Shown: one piece after another, positions 37,840 to 51,227 of the stretch
How positions within the stretch are numbered: the stretch's first letter is position 1
Layout of the letters: each line of letters begins with the position of its first letter
NCBI GenBank assembly: GCA_951406725.2
Contig: OX597822.1
Location: 68,882,001-68,946,000, forward strand
Length of the DNA stretch: 64,000 bases
DNA from: Octopus vulgaris
Taxonomy: Eukaryota
Reading direction: 5' to 3'
Notes under the pieces: generated by a model
What the model was told of the DNA's origin: nothing
Database searches by the model: none
The model's input: only the letters and a program-made list of their open reading frames with translations
Program-made: the position numbers and the translations under genes

Positions 37840-38147
37840 CACCCTTCGGGATTGCACCTAGAAAGTTACCCTCTGAAGCACAGGTCTGGGCAAGATTGTT
37901 GATGGAAGACCAGCAGTCGCCCACGCATACCAGCCTCCCCTCTCTACACCGCTGATGTTATCCCAGGGAAAAGCAAATGCCGATACAGCTTGGCACCAGT
38001 GATGTCGCAACTCATTTCTACAGCTCAGTTAACTGGAGAAACGTGAAATAAAGTGTCTTGCTCAAGAACACAACACAGAGCCCGGTCCGGGAATCGAACT
38101 CACAACCTCACGATTGTCAGCTCGACGCTTTAACCGCTGAGCCATGC
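37840..38147 (-). mobile_element. tRNA-derived SINE family E
   Basis: Minus strand gcatggctcagcggttaaagcg...gagttcgattccc...ttcttgagcaagacactttatttcacg; homologs at 59080-59310 and 63840-64000. Confidence 0.88.
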
Positions 38148-38635
38148 ATCACACCCTACCAGCTTAGAAAAGAACACAATGAATAATGTGGTTTTGGATT
38201 TCTTGTGTAGAGGAAAATGATGAGATGGTCTTAGCTAGAATGCCTTTCATTGTTGGCCTTTTAAGAATGATTATGATTGAATCAGGGCTTGGATTAAACA
38301 ATAACAAAAACAACAAAAACCACTTCTCTTGATTTCCATGTTTTTAAAAAATCAAAACATTGAAAAATAAAAAGAACAGAATATTCTAACCATAACAGAA
38401 TTTAAAATTTGCATATCAAGTTCTGTGAATTAAACATTAACTACTATTTCTATTCAGTATTAGTACAAGTTTTAATTGAAACAAATTTTTACAAACCTTA
38501 CTCAATTTTCACTGATTCTCCTCATACAATTACAAGAACTCAGATTTATTTGAAGGAAGATCCTAAGTTGTGACCGTCACATCTTTCTTAAAGATATTAT
38601 ATTCGTTACCTTGCCTTTCTTTCAACTATTTATAA

Positions 38636-38842
38636 CTTTTATCTTTTGCTTGTTTCAGCCATTTGATTGTGGCCATGCTGGAGCACCGCCTTTAGTCGAA
38701 CAAATCGACTCCAGGACTTATTCTTTGTAAGCCTAGTACTTATTCTATCGGTCTCTTTTGCCGAACCGCTAAGTTACGGGGACGTAAACACACCAGCATT
38801 GGTTGTCAAGCAATGTTGGTAGGACAAACACACACACACACA

Positions 38843-38900
<58 letters not shown>

Positions 38901-39063
38901 CGACAGGCTTCTTTCAGTTTCCATCTACCAAATCCACTTACAAGGCTTTGGTCAGCCCGAGGCTATAGTAGAAGACACTTGCCCAAGGTGCCACGCAGTG
39001 GGACTGAACCCGGAAACATGTGGTTCATAAACAAGCTACTTACCACACAGCCACTCCTACACC
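38636..39063 (-). mobile_element. SINE family A, full length
   Basis: Complete match; followed immediately by an older copy at ~39075-39430. Confidence 0.92.
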
Positions 39064-39434
39064 TCTATTTATAACTTTTATCTTTTGCTTGTTTCAGTCA
39101 TTGGACTGCAACCATGCTGGAGCATTGTTTTGAAGGGTTTCTAACTGAACAAACCAACCCTAGTTACTATCTTTTTAAGTTTGGGATTTGTTCTATTGGC
39201 CCTTTTTACTGAACTGCTAGGATATAGGGACTTGAACAAACCAATAGCAGTTGTCAAGTGATGTGACAGACAGCCACACACACACACACACACACGCACA
39301 CAACATGCTTCACACTTTCCATGTACCAAATTCACTCACAAAGTATTAAGGTGGTGATTGGCTTGGGGCTAAAGTAGAACAAACTTATCCAAGGTGTCTT
39401 GCTGTGTAGCACTGAACCTGAAACCATATGATCA

Positions 39435-39650
39435 TCGTTGTCGTCATCGTCATCATCATCATCATCATCATTTAACGTCCATTTTCATGCTGGCATGGGT
39501 CAGACAGTTTGACTGGAATTGGTAAGCTGGAGAGCTGCACTAAGTTCCTGTCTGACTTGGCATCGTTTCTACAGCTAGATGCCCTTCCTAATGCCAATCA
39601 CTTCAAGAGTGTAACGGATGCTTTTACATGCCATTTACAACACATTGGTA
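39435..39650 (-). mobile_element. RTE 3' UTR (family C)
   Basis: catcatttaacgtcc...tttctacagctagatgcccttcctaatgccaa. Confidence 0.8.
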
Positions 39651-39676
39651 ATGGCCACACACACACATACACACAC

Positions 39677-39730
<54 letters not shown>

Positions 39731-39736
39731 GTTTTA

Positions 39737-39960
39737 AGGTGGCAGAATCGTTGGCATGCTGGACGAAGTGCTTAGTGGTATTTCGTCTGCTGTTATGTTC
39801 TGAGTTCAAATTCTGCCGAGGTTGACTATGCCTTTCATCCTTTTGGGGTCAATTAAATAAGAGTCTGTTACACACTAGGGTTGGTGTAATCAACTTAATC
39901 CTTTTGTCTGTCTATGTTTGCCCCCTCTATGTTTAGCCCCCTGTGGCCAATAAAGAAATA
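39737..39960 (+). mobile_element. SINE family B
   Basis: ggcagaatcgttggca...gcctttcatccttttggggtc...gccaataaagaaata. Confidence 0.85.
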
Positions 39961-39977
39961 TATATATATATATATAT

Positions 39978-40096
39978 GAGGACGATTGGGATCACGTGGA
40001 TGAGGAAGGCGCGATCCAGAGAGGAGTGGACAGCGTGCTGTGACCAGCGGTGTCAAATGGACGCCTGACGTACTGGTCGGTCAAAGTGATCAAGTG

Positions 40097-40098
<2 letters not shown>
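39978..40098 (+). mobile_element. Very short 3' end of a second RTE-like LINE inserted in (TA)n
   Basis: IGITWMRKARSREEWTACCDQR resembles an RTE ORF end; tail caaagtgatcaagtgat; CpG-rich. Confidence 0.55.
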
Positions 40099-40128
<30 letters not shown>

Positions 40129-41128
40129 ACACGCACACACATGCACATATCCCTTTATTTCCACTGAAAATGGACAAAACACCAAAATTCATATATGTCT
40201 GACCTGAACTAAGAACATGGAAGAAAAGGAATATTTACTGTAAGATGATATTTATTTTAGCCTAACACTCTATGTCTTTCTGTCACCTCGCCACCTTTAA
40301 ACGACAGTTACAAGGGTACGCATTTTGGGTGGAGGGCAAAAATCAGTAATGGTGACTCTAGTACTTGACTAATACCCATTTCATCACCTCTGGACAGTGA
40401 TACAGCTAGAGGATGTACTGCTCAGGGCAACCCTTTGAATTTGCAACCCCTACCCCTATATAGGCCTATACAACAGATCTGAAAGTGCCATCCACATAAA
40501 AGTGTCACCCAGGGTGGAATGTCCTTCCCCTTACCAACAAGCTACACTGCAGCCCCTAGAAAGATGAATGGTAAAACTGAACTCGGTAGGATTTAAAATA
40601 CCTGAATAATAAATACCACATGGCATTTTGTCTGCAACTTGACATATTCTGCAAATCCACTGCCCTCTACCTTTAATAAATATAAAAAAAGAAACTGTAA
40701 GTTCATCTTGACTATGCCATTTTATATTTTGTCTAAGGCCTTCCTCACTCTGTCAACCTCTAATTACATGCACTTTTATTCTGAAGGTGTCATCTGCAGG
40801 GGAATGCATATATGTTAATGTCTGACAAGTAGTTGAATTGTGTTACTTTGTGAAGGCTTGCATGTTAAGCTGTTGCTGTTTTTCCTTATTATAATTGTGT
40901 CTGTAAATATGTGTACCGTTGAGTTCACCAAACTATAAGTATGCAGTCTGTTTTATTGTATTCATGGTGCTTAGCTTCTGTTGTATCTTTGTTTTGTGTC
41001 ATAACAAAAGAACTGCATAAAGTACGCAGCGGTGCATGCAAATGTGCATATATGCTGACGTTTATATATGCAGGCACAGAAGTAGTGGTTGTACAAAACA
41101 TATTTGAAACATATATTTTCATATGCAT

Positions 41129-41505
41129 GGTGGCACATGGCCTAGTGGTTAGAGCAGTGGACTCGCGGTCGAGAAATCGCGGGTTCAAATCTCAGACCAG
41201 GTGGCACATGGCCTAGTGGTTAGAGCAGTGGACTCGTGGTCGAGGGATCGCGGGTTCAAATCTCAGACCGGGTGGCACATGGCCTAGTGGTTAGAGCAAT
41301 GGACTCGTGGTCGAGGGATCGCGGGTTCGAATCTCAGACCGGATGATATGTGTGTGTATTTATGAGCAAAACATCTAAGCTCCACGCGACTCTAGCCGAA
41401 GGTAATGGCGAACTTCTGCTGACTCTTTCGCCACAACTTTCTCTCACTCTTAATGGTGGTGCATCAGCATGGCCGCAGCTCTTAGCTGAAACTAGAGAAA
41501 AAAAA
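41129..41505 (+). mobile_element. SINE family F with triplicated 71-bp tRNA-like head
   Basis: Units start at 41129, 41200 and 41271; A-box tggcctagtgg, B-box ggttcRaatc; tail cagcatggccgcagctcttagctgaaactag. Confidence 0.9.
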
Positions 41506-41726
41506 TACATACAGGAACAAGCATGGCTTCACGGTTAAGAAGCTCCCTTTACAACCATGTGGTTTTGAATTCAGCCCCACTGTGTAGCACTTTGGAAAAC
41601 TGTCTTCTACTATAGCCCTGGGTTGACTAGCACTTTGTGAATGAATTTAATAAATGGAAATTGTGGAAGCTCATTATACACACACACACATGCACATGCA
41701 CACATATATATATATATATATATATG

Positions 41727-41919
41727 TGCACGTAAAAAGCACCCACTACACTCGTGGAGTGGTTGGCGTTAGGAAGGGCATCCAGCCGTAGAAACTCTGT
41801 CAGACCAGACTGGAGCCTGGAGCAGCCCCTGGCTTCCCAGACCCCGGTCGAACTGTCCAACCCGTGCTAGTGCGGAAAACGGACGTTAAACGATGATGAT
41901 GATGATGATGATGATGATG
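41727..41919 (+). mobile_element. RTE 3' UTR (family C) inserted in the TA/TG tract of a SINE A (~41512-42012)
   Basis: gcacgtaaaaagcacccactacactcgtggagtggttggcg...(GAT)n. Confidence 0.85.
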
Positions 41920-42415
41920 TGTGCATATATGTGTGTGTGTATTTGCATTTGTCCCTCACATCGCTGGACAATTGATGTTGGATTGTTTATATCCTTCTAA
42001 CTTAGTGGTTTGGTCAGGGTTGGATTAAGGCCTCTAGAGACCCTTAAAGTAAATACATTAAACCATAAGTAAATAAAGAATAAAAAGTTTTGAAAAGTAT
42101 AGCAATGCACTATAATACAGACAATGGGCCATATACCTGTTGCAATTTAGTCCTCCATAGTCTGATATGATATTTCGGAATAATATTCCTTCTTCAGATA
42201 TTCTTAGATGGAGTATAATTGGTTTAGCAGCGACTCTTTCACTCTCTCTTTCTCTCTCACTCTCTCACTTACTCTCTCACTCTCCCTTTCTCTCTCCCTC
42301 TCCCTTACTTCCTTTCTGTCCTCCTCTCTCTCGCTTTGCCACCTCTTTGAAGTATGACGCACACAACAAGTACGTACAAAAACAAAAAGTTAGTGTATTA
42401 ATATTATTGATAATG

Positions 42416-42704
42416 GTGGCCGTTGCCAGCGCCGCCCTGACTGGCCTCCGTGCCAGTGGCATGTAAAATGCACTATCCGATTGTGGCCGTTGCCAGCCTC
42501 GTCTGGCACCTGTGCAGGTGGCACGTAAAAATCACCCACTACACTCATGGAGTGGTTGGCGTTAGGAAGGGCATCCAGCTGTAGAAACACTGCCAGATCA
42601 GACTAGGCCTGGCGCAGCCTTCTGGCTTCCCAGACCCCAGTTGAACCATCCAACCTATGCTAGCATGGAAAACGGACGTTAAACGATGATGATGATGATG
42701 ATGA
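42416..42704 (+). mobile_element. RTE 3' UTR (family C)
   Basis: gtggccgttgccagc repeats, gttggcgttaggaagggcatccagc, (GAT)n tail. Confidence 0.88.
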
Positions 42705-42862
42705 TAATAATAACATCAACAAAAAATATCTTAGGAATGAGAACCCAAGGTTGGGTTCAAAATTCTACCAGGACATCTGATGAAGGCTGGAGGGTAAATC
42801 AGCCGAAAAATGGTAACAAACAAACAAGATGAGGACACATATTCATCCAATGTAAATAATGT
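42705..42862 (+). mobile_element. Element H tail with degenerate hammerhead core
   Basis: CTGATGA-a-ggctg/cagcc-GAAA at 42777-42808; stems I and III damaged. Confidence 0.72.
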
Positions 42863-42934
42863 ATATATGCATGCATGTATATATACATGTGTGTGTGTGT
42901 ATATATATATGTATATATATATACATACACACAT

Positions 42935-43920
42935 ATGGTCAGAAAGCTACCTAGAAGTGGTTGATAACTTTTGTTACCTAAGTAGCCTAATTAACCATGG
43001 AGGAGGGTGTTCTAAATGCATAGCAGCTAATAGTTTAGCTCTTTACTCATTACTCTTTTACTTGTTTCAGTCATTTGACTGTGACCATGCTGGAGCAACG
43101 CCTTTAGTCGAGCAAATCGACCCCAGGACTTATTCTTTGTAAGCCTAGTACTTATTCTATCGGTCTCTTTTGCTGAACTGCTAAGTTACGAGGACGTAAA
43201 CACACCAGCATCAGTTGTCAAGCAATGTTGGGGTGACAAACATAGACACACAAACATATACACACATATACATATATATATATACATATATACAACAGGC
43301 TTCTTTTAGTTTCCATCTACCAAATCCACTCACAAGGCTTTGGTCGGCCTGAAGATATAGTAGAAGATACTTGCCCAAGGTGCCACGCAGTGGGACTGAC
43401 CCCGGAACCATGCTGGTAAATATGAGATTCTTTCTCTACATGAAGGGCAGATTGTATGTTATTTGCATACAAATTGTGATAGTGTATGGCAGCAAAACAT
43501 GGCTGGAAAGAAATGCAAAGAAAGCAAAGAGCATGCTTCACTTCATATGTTACGTTAGTGTATATGAATGACAGAGCGTAACTGAGTCGAGAGGGAAAAA
43601 ATTGGTTACAAAAGAAATCAGATGTAGTATGGAAGAGAGAAAACTGCACTTGTTATGGATGACAGTTTTGTAAAGAAGTGCCAAGTGATTCTAGTGGAAA
43701 AAAACATTTGTAGAAGAGGAAGACATGGGGAAAGAAATGATGAAAAAAACAAAATTCTCTGGCTGTTGAACTTAATATCGAAGATGACAAAGAACAGCAA
43801 TAGACTTGGGAGAAGTTGGGTCAGGGAAGTTCCATATATGCATGTGAAAATCAGATATCTAATGAACATAAAGATGGTAATGATGATGATGGTGATGATG
43901 ATGATGGTGATGATGATGAT
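42935..43920 (+). mobile_element. Decayed RTE LINE ORF C-terminus, split by minus-strand SINE A (~43040-43412)
   Basis: YLEVVDNFCYLSSLINHGGGCSKCIAA, then MKGRLYVICIQIVIVYGSKTWLERNA, then MDDSFVKKCQVILVEKNICRRGR; (GAT)n tail. Confidence 0.8.
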
Positions 43921-44697
43921 TCAAGGATTTTAAACAAACATCACAAACATATAAATGTATGCAGTTACACACACACACACATGACTGTGTGTGTATGAGA
44001 AATCCTCCTCCTCCTCCTCACCACCACCACCACCACCACCACCACCACCACCACCACCATCATTGTCATCATCATCATCATCATCATCATCATAACCACC
44101 ACCACCACCACCACCATTCAAGTGAAGCATACAGGTTAAGTGAGGAAATGCTTGTGACCCTGAGATACCTGCTGACAATATGGAAGGGTTTCCAATACTG
44201 TAAAGGATTTAGAAGAGCTTGCAAAAGTTCTGAGTAGCTCCTGCACTCACTGAATGGGGCAAAGCATCTCTGATGTTTATTCCATATATATATAAATCAG
44301 GGACATGCCTTGAATAAAAGAGATCAATAGCAACATTTTCCTTTTGTGGCAAAATATGCACCTAATTCAGTAAAATTATGAAGGTTACTCTGATTACGAT
44401 GCATAAAATGCAAAATATTTTATTTTCTTGTAGATTAGGTAGACATTATTTTTTTGATCCCTGCTTTTCAATCTCAGTATTTAAGCTGTGCATAGTAATA
44501 CTGTACTACACATGCTGTATACATTTCTACAATACCGTTTTCTTTATGTGCTATAAAGGCATAAGTAAATAAATCTGCCTTCGACTCAGTCATTTGCCTG
44601 TGTGTCGCTTATTTTTTGTGTGTTTTACGACATAAAGGTCACTAACTGCCTACCCTGAGTAATTACTGATGGCATGTGCCTGATATATATATATACT

Positions 44698-45245
44698 CTA
44701 AGAAAATTGTCACAATGCAACATGTCAGCTACTGGAAAAGACTGAAAGAATTAAAACTCTTCTCCCTGGAACGAAGGCAGGAGAGATATGCAGTCATATA
44801 CATCTGGGAAATCCTAGAAGGCTTTGTACCAAACTTTGGCATTGAAAGTTATTCAAACTGTAGAACGGGGCACCACTGCATAGTGCCAAGGATCTCAGCA
44901 TCGCCTTCAAAATACAGGACCAGATACTGCAACAGTTTGGGCTCCAAGGGCCCACAGCTTTTTAATATCCTTCCAAAATGCCCTGAGAGACCTGCATGGT
45001 GTGGATGTAAGTGTCTTTAAAACAAACCTGGATCTCTTCCTGTTGCGGGTTCCAGATGAGCCTACCTCACGGCAGGAAACACAGACGAAGGCAGCGGCAT
45101 CAAACTCCCTCATTGACCAAATGACACATATTAGAGAAGGTTCCAAATAATGGCGTAGCTCAGTCAATGGTGGTGCTCCAGCATGACCACAACTTTGCAG
45201 CTGAAACATTTTAAGAGAAAATTAAAATAAAATAAAATAAAAATG
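44698..45245 (+). mobile_element. CR1-group LINE 3' end (5' truncated, one frameshift)
   Basis: SYWKRLKELKLFSLERRQERYAVIYIWEILEG...GPQLFNILPK/LRDLHGVDVSVFKTNLDLFLLRVPDEP...SNSLIDQ; tail ggtgctccagcatgacc...gctgaaac(TAAAA)n. Confidence 0.88.
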
Positions 45246-45739
45246 AATATGTATGTGTGTGTGTGTGTGTGTGTATGTGATTGGATTGAATTGCCCATGT
45301 TCTGTTCACTGCTGGGCAAGGGCTTCAGCATGTCTCTCCACCAGCCACACTTTGATGTGTAGGCCATTAATTTGAGCTTGAGATCATACTGGTTTGATGA
45401 TCCTACTCTACCACACTGCTTGGTTGAGGGATGCAATTTTATTACTCATACCCAGGAGTAGTTAAGTTGACTACATCCATCCCAGTGCTCATATGGTACT
45501 TATTTTATCAACCCCAAAAGGACGACAGTCAGAGTTGAACTTGGCGGAATTTGAACACAGAGCACGTAAGGGTGGATGAAATACCTCTAGCATTTCACTC
45601 GGCATGCTAACAATTCTACCTGCTCACTGCCATATATACATATACATATACACATATACATACATACACGGTGTGTGCGTGGTGGTGTGTTGTGGTGTGA
45701 TGTGTTGAGATATATGCATATATATATATATGTGTATAT

Positions 45740-46093
45740 ATCACAACACATTACACCACAACACACCACCAGGCACACACCAGCACTGACCACTTCCCAG
45801 ACCCACATTTTTACACTTACACATACACACACGCACGTGCACCTTTGTTTTGGGATCACCACTACTTTATTATCTCCCCTTCTTCCTAGCTCTCCTGTGT
45901 GACCCTTCTGTCCGGAATTCAACATGATAGATTGCTAGCCACTACACATTCTTTATTTTCTCCCCTTGTTTCTTTCTGTGGAAGAGCATAGGCTCAAAGC
46001 ATTAAAGACTTTTTCACTTCCCGAGCATCATACTAATACATCTGTTTGTTGTCTACACCACCTGTCTTCATCTTTTGTTTTTTTGTGAATTCT

Positions 46094-46100
<7 letters not shown>
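45740..46100 (+). mobile_element. Repeat P1, second copy, preceded by a short inverted duplicate (45668-45714)
   Basis: Homologous to 3370-3800; ggtgtgtgcgtggtggtgtgttgtggtgt is the near reverse complement of acaccacaacacaccaccaggcacacacc. Confidence 0.65.
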
Positions 46101-46133
<33 letters not shown>

Positions 46134-46701
46134 TTACACATCACACACATACATGTAAGCTTATTTGTGTGTGTGTATGTGCATGTTTGTGCAAATGTGT
46201 CTTCTTATCTGTGATTTTTATGTTGTTTATGTGCTTAAAATGTAAAACATCAATGCTTAGTTTGTTGTGTGAAAGAGAAGGGTAATATGTTCCTCAGCTG
46301 GGAACAAGCAATGTTGGCAACAGGAAAGGCATCCAGCTAGACAAAATTGTCTATTGTGGCACTGAAAAAAATGGACAACAAAATGGTGATTTTGATGATT
46401 TTGATGATATATATATATATATATATATATATGTTAGTAGATAGAATATGTGCCTGTATAAGTTTGTGCAAAATTGTAAAAACAATGGAAGGAACCACAA
46501 CAAAACTATCACCCACTCTGCTTCTCTTTTATCCCATTTTCTCATCCGCTGCCTTCTGCAAATTAAATAACTAAATAAATAAGTTAAGCAAAAATAAAAG
46601 CAAAGAAAAAGACTTTTGCTGTGAATTGATCAAAGAGTCAGCATCAGGTTCTATTAGATGAAAAGCAATTCCATTTCATTGCTGCAGCAGTGCGAAATAA
46701 A

Positions 46702-46732
<31 letters not shown>

Positions 46733-46884
46733 ATAATAATGATAATAATAATGATGATGATGATGTTAATAATAATAATAATAATAAAGATAATCTCTTA
46801 ATTTGCCATAAGGGTAACAAGACACAAATACTATAATACGAGTTTTATGTAATACAATGCTATGCAAATAGCAAACATATTGCG

Positions 46885-47706
<822 letters not shown>

Positions 47707-48382
47707 GCAATGGTAATTAAAAAAAAGTGGGAAATAAACATGTTTTTAAAAAAGCCAGTATTTTAGAATCACAGAATTATTTTGTCCAAAGAAAATAATA
47801 GAACAATGAATGAATAAAAGAAAATGCTCCTCCATGTTCTTCACAAAAAGCCAGAAAAGATAAATGCAAGAATGGTAAATTACTTCCAAATGATGGAAAT
47901 CACCAAGAATTTTCTCCAGAATGTTTGCATTTTACTTTTGCATTTTTTTCAATTATGAAATATCTAAGCATTTATCATAGATATGGAATGGACAATGTAC
48001 ACACACATGCACACTGACACACATACATACATACATACATACATACATACATACATACATACATACATACATACATACATACATACATGCACACATATAT
48101 ACATACATGCATATATCTACATACATTACATTCATATATCTACATACATACACACACACACACACATGTGCGTGCACACAAATACACACACACACACACA
48201 CACATGTGCAAAACATGAGAAAAAGATTTCCCCTGGTTTTGCCAAGAATAAGCATCAAAAGATTATTGTGGTGATAGTGATGATAATGGTGGTGGTGGCG
48301 GCGGTAGTGGTGGTGGTGGTGGTGTTAATGGTAGTGGTAATGGTGGTGGTGGTGGTGATGATGATGATGTCGTCAAGGTAAA

Positions 48383-48818
48383 GAAAATGTGGGATGTAAT
48401 AATCCAATGTGATCATGAATTTGAACATTGGAAGTCAGATTTAGTTGTGAATAAAGAGGAAAAAACCCTGTTTAATCACAAGATATTGTATGTCCGAGTA
48501 TCAGAAAGAGAAGAGGAGACACTAACGAGATCAGATGATTTTAAGTGGGGAATAAAAGTAATGTGGTCATTGATGAAAGGGAGTGTTGTAAATTCTTGTT
48601 GGGGTCTTGGGAACTATAAGTCCCAAACTCACGAACTGGATTGCAAAGATAGGGATATGTGTGAAAATTGAGCATCCACAAGACAGAGTTGCTTGGAACT
48701 GCTCGAATCCTCTATAGAGATCTCAACATCTAAATGAAGGGTATTACCTCAGTCTACTGGTTGTGCACAGCTACATCTTACATTCTCCAGCAAATTTGTT
48801 GTTAAACAAGATAATAAT
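48383..48818 (+). mobile_element. R4/Dong-like (RLE endonuclease) non-LTR retrotransposon 3' end
   Basis: MWDVIIQCDHEFEHWKSDLVVNKEEK and HKTELLGTARILYRDLNI* match the WD..IQ.D....PD and LLGTARILR motifs; adjacent to a (GGT/GAT)n tract. Confidence 0.8.
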
Positions 48819-48885
48819 TTCTAACATATGCATAAGGCAAAACATTTCTTAGAAAGGTCATTGGATTTAATCCTTCAGTGTTTAA

Positions 48886-49092
48886 CCATTTCGATACCAA
48901 CACGGCTGAAACCACCTCTGGCTCTGTAGTACAAATGTCTTGTTTTCATAAGTTTTGAATTAAAATCTTTTACCAAATCTTAGTCACAATGAGCTTAATG
49001 ATAACTAAGTTATCTTACTAAGTTCTTTGTTATATTTAAAATTAATTGAAAGACACACAGGTCATCTCAAAATAAATGCAGTAACGAAAAGG
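48886..49092. mobile_element. piggyBac-type MITE
   Basis: TTAA on both sides; imperfect TIRs ccatttcgatac / gtaacgaaaagg. Confidence 0.75.
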
Positions 49093-49112
49093 TTAAACCA
49101 ACTATATCTGGC

Positions 49113-49692
49113 CAGGGCCAGATTAAGACCCATTGAGGCCCTAAGCACTTAAAAGATTTTGGTGCCCCCATTAAAGATTAAGTAATTCAAAATATAAGAT
49201 GGAAAATAATGTTTATTTTTGTATACTTCTACTTTATTTATATCAGAAAATTTTCCTCCTACTTTTTTGAATTGCAAAGTCTTTGATCAGATCCTCAAAA
49301 TTTATCTTCAGTAAAACATCTGCATCTATACTTAGTAGAGATAAAGGCATCCCGAATATTCTTTTCTACACTAGACACAAGGCCCAAAATTGTTGGGGAG
49401 GGGGTCAGTTGATTAGATCGACCTCAGTATGCAACTGGTGCTTAATTTATCGACCCTCAAAAAGATGAAAGGCAAAGTCGACCTTGGCAGAATTTGAACA
49501 CCGAATGTAAAGACAGATGAAATACCGCTAAGCATTTCGCCTGGCGTGCTAACATTTCTGCTAGCTCACTGCCTTAAAGGCATCCTGAATATTATTTTAG
49601 CAAGTTTAAAGTGATTTTTTTTGTGCTATAAACTATTTACCATTTCTGTAGTGCCCCCTCCTTCCCTTGATTTTTTGGTTAATCCAGCACTG
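49113..49692 (-). mobile_element. hAT MITE family G with SINE B' inserted at ~49361-49575
   Basis: Perfect 8-bp TSD tatctggc; inner SINE flanked by aaggcatcccgaatatt / agggcatcctgaatatt. Confidence 0.92.
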
Positions 49693-50046
49693 TATCTGGC
49701 TCAAATATCTTAACATGTTTTTAGAGTTATCTCTTCAGATTTTCAATAGAAACTAGAGCCAGCACTGTAGAGATAACTTCAAAAAGTGATTGAATAGCAC
49801 TGCTAACACAGGTAGCACACAGCTTTGGCTTATAATCCTTTAATACACTTGGTAGTGTATTATAGTTGCTTAAAGAAATATGGTGTCCCTACCAGCAATT
49901 AATACCTACCTGTTTTATGTTCAAACCATTGAGATCTGGCCTCTCACACCTACCCTACAATCTCATTCTGAAAATAAACAATCACATCATTGAAATCATA
50001 AAGCTACAAGATAATAAGGCATGATTAGTTCAAAACAATGTAAATA

Positions 50047-50200
50047 GGTGTAGGAGTGGCTGTGGCAAATAGCTTGCTTAAACTACATGGTTCCGGGTTC
50101 AGTCCCACTGCGTGGCACCTTGAGCAAGTGTCTTCTACTATAACCTCAGGCTGACCAAAGCCTTGTGAGTGGATTTGGTAGATGGAAACTGAAAGAAGCC

Positions 50201-50254
<54 letters not shown>

Positions 50255-50480
50255 ATAAGTTTGTGTGTCTGTGTTTGTCCCCCCAATATCACTTGACAAC
50301 CAATGCTGGTGTGTTTACGTCCCCATAACTTAGCGGTTCGGCAAAAGTGACCGATAGAATAAGTACTAGGCTTACAAAGAATAAGTTCTGGGGTCGATTT
50401 GCTCAACTAAGGGCAGTGCTTCAGCATGGCCACAGTCAAATGATTGAAACAAGTAAGAGTAAAAGAGAGTAAAGAGTAAA
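50047..50480 (+). mobile_element. SINE family A, full length
   Basis: Complete match, several CpG to TpG/CpA changes. Confidence 0.92.
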
Positions 50481-50677
50481 TGAGCATTTTGATTAATTCA
50501 AAACAATATGAATAAATGAGCTTGATTGCTACTTATAAGGAAAATGACAAACCTCCTCCTTCTCTTCCTCTCTGTTTTACTATACTCACATAGACAATGC
50601 TCATTAGAGGATCGGTGGGGCTATCAGCTATGGTATTGACCAGAGAGCTCATTACACACACACACAACCCCCCCCCC

Positions 50678-50738
<61 letters not shown>

Positions 50739-50835
50739 GTACATATATCCCCAGCATGGCCACAGCTTGTGAGCTGAAACTAGATAAATAAATAAAAAAA
50801 AAATATATATATAAATATACAGTTCTATATTTAAG

Positions 50836-51070
50836 AAGTGGAGGCACATGGCCTAGTGGTTAGAGAAGCGGACCTCGCGGTTGAGGAATCCTGGGTTCGA
50901 ATCTCAGATTGGGCGATGTGTATGTTTATGAGCGAAACGCCTAAGCTCCACACGGCTCCAGTAGAAGTTAATGGCGAACTTCTGCTGATTCTTTTGCAAC
51001 AAATTTCTCTTGCTCTTTTCTCCTGCATCTTGCAGCTCACCTGCGACGGACCAGGAAACAAACAACAACA
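50836..51070 (+). mobile_element. SINE family F (single head), apparently inserted into a minus-strand element H
   Basis: Homologous to 41271-41450; flanked by atatttaa direct repeat. Confidence 0.8.
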
Positions 51071-51227
51071 ATATTTAACAGACGAGGAATTATGTACATT
51101 ATTTACATTCGGCAGATATTTGTCCCCATCTTGTTTGTTATTAACACCAAACAAGATGAGGACAAACAACCCATCGAATGTAGATAATTTAAATAATGTA
51201 GATAATATATGTAATTATGTATATATA

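Noticed and set aside
41129-41341. tRNA gene cluster or CRISPR-like array
   Set aside because: Acceptor and anticodon stems pair poorly, units lead into a SINE body, no unique spacers, eukaryotic context
43959-44237. Poly-His ORF
   Set aside because: (CCT)(CAC)(CAT) trinucleotide tract with no flanking domain
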